Origin: Synechococcales cyanobacterium bin2.concoct.b11b12b14.033
Lineage (GTDB): Bacteria; Cyanobacteriota; Vampirovibrionia; Caenarcaniphilales; Caenarcanaceae
DNA length: 58,054 nt
NCBI GenBank assembly: GCA_013298875.1
Contig: JAAFJH010000002.1
Location: 1-58,054, forward strand
Direction of reading: 5' to 3'
In this document: one piece after another, positions 57,027-58,054 of the stretch
Layout: every line of letters starts with the position of its first letter
Numbering within the stretch: the first letter of the stretch is position 1
Notes under the pieces: generated by a model
Seen by the model: only the letters and a program-made list of their open reading frames with translations
What the model was told of the DNA's origin: nothing
The model's database searches: none
Made by a program: the position numbers and the translations under genes

Positions 57027-58054
57027 TTGAAACTTTTTGAATACGAGGCCAAACAGCTTTTTAAAGAGGCTGGTATAAATATTGCCCAAGGATCTCATTT
57101 AATAAATTATCCAGAAGAAATTGCTTTTTTAAAATTAAACTTTCCAATCGTTTTAAAAACCCAAGTCTTGAGTGGTGGACGAGGCAAAGCTGGCGGTATT
57201 AAATTTGCCAATAATACAACCGAAGCCATTGAAGTTGCCAAACAAGTTTTTGACTTAGAAATTAAAGGTGAAAAACCAACCACTCTTTTACTTGACCCGA
57301 AAGTTCCTATTAAAAAAGAATTTTATATTGCTATCACTTTAGACCGTGATTTAAAATGCCCAATTCTTATTGGCTCAGCTGAAGGCGGCATTGAAATTGA
57401 ATCATCTCATAATGTCAGCACTGTTCCAATTCGTGGTGAATATAGCCCACAATTAGCTCGTAAATTAGCTTATGAAATGGGTTTATCTGGCAAACAATTA
57501 ACTGAAGTTGCAGCGATTGTTAATAAACTTTACGGTCTTTATGAAAAATACGATTTAGACTTAGCAGAAATTAACCCTCTGGCTCAGCTCGAAGACGGAT
57601 CAATTATTGCCCTTGACGGAAAAGTAACTGTAAATGACGATGCAATTGACCGCCAACCCAGATTTAAAGGCCAAAAAGTCAGTCATTTAAGCGATGTATC
57701 TGAACGTGAAAAAAGAGCAACCGTATCAGGTTTAAACCTTGTAGAGCTTGGGGAAGGAAATATTGGTATTTTATGCAATGGAGCTGGCTTAACAATGGCC
57801 ACCATGGACTTAGTACAGTTTAAAGGTGGAAAACCAGCTAATTTTCTAGATGTAGGCGGCGGAGCAAATAGCAATAAAGTAAATGCTGCTTTAAGTTTGG
57901 TAGCTGATAATCCGAATGTTAATGTAATTTTTATTAATATTTTAGGTGGAATTACCGCTTGTGATCAAGTAGCAATGCCTTTAATTGACTTTAAGAAAAA
58001 ATATCCAAAATTAAAATTAGTAGTCAGATTACTTGGTAATAATCAGGACAAAGC
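57027..58054 (+). CDS. sucC: Succinate--CoA ligase (ADP-forming) beta subunit, 3' end cut by window edge
   Basis: TTG start at 57027 with an AAGGAG RBS at 57014..57019. The translation is (M)KLFEYEAKQLFKEAGINIAQG...LKTQVLSGGRGKAGGIKFA...AEINPL...NGAGLTMATMDL...GGKPANFLDVGGGA. Confidence 0.92.
   Translation, partial: MKLFEYEAKQLFKEAGINIAQGSHLINYPEEIAFLKLNFPIVLKTQVLSGGRGKAGGIKFANNTTEAIEVAKQVFDLEIKGEKPTTLLLDPKVPIKKEFYIAITLDRDLKCPILIGSAEGGIEIESSHNVSTVPIRGEYSPQLARKLAYEMGLSGKQLTEVAAIVNKLYGLYEKYDLDLAEINPLAQLEDGSIIALDGKVTVNDDAIDRQPRFKGQKVSHLSDVSEREKRATVSGLNLVELGEGNIGILCNGAGLTMATMDLVQFKGGKPANFLDVGGGANSNKVNAALSLVADNPNVNVIFINILGGITACDQVAMPLIDFKKKYPKLKLVVRLLGNNQDK

Overview
58-kb chromosomal window from an AT-rich, diderm-type bacterium (kdsB, LCP, HlyD-type adaptor and nuoH are present). 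YGGT/Ycf19, a membrane-anchored YvcK and a group-1/2-like sigma factor hint at a cyanobacteria-related, Melainabacteria-like lineage, but that is inference only. The standard genetic code fits: long uninterrupted ORFs, and TGA, TAA and TAG all serve as stops. About 85-90% of the window is ordinary housekeeping: gap, proC, wecB, pepA, nuoH, map, sigma-70, glmS, ilvD, yvcK, ychF, kdsB, fabI, ftsZ, pheA, clpP, ileS, recF, hpf, rplT-rpmI, sufCD, cmk, nadD, tyrA, lysC, corA and sucC. I saw no rRNA, tRNA, CRISPR array, transposase or reverse transcriptase. Three small accessory islets interrupt the core genes. (i) 27.4-32.2 kb holds an ABC/AAA_15-type ATPase, an abutting ~167-codon partner gene readable only across three frames, and a two-domain ORFan. 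Next to them is a same-strand cluster of a 2OG-Fe(II) oxygenase and two Tyr/Pro/Asn-rich secreted peptides. (ii) 18.7-20.0 kb holds a HEPN/MNT toxin-antitoxin pair and an ORFan. (iii) 48.5-50.0 kb holds a coiled-coil PD-(D/E)xK-like protein and a tyrosine-recombinase homologue that appears to lack all catalytic residues. Non-coding curiosities are a ~330-bp element bounded by perfect 18-bp inverted repeats (4983-5310) and a ~170-nt rod-like structured RNA candidate (14673-14845). The best candidate for an undescribed system is the ATPase-centred islet at 27.4-30.6 kb. It may be decaying, and I cannot assign its partner genes to any known family from sequence alone.
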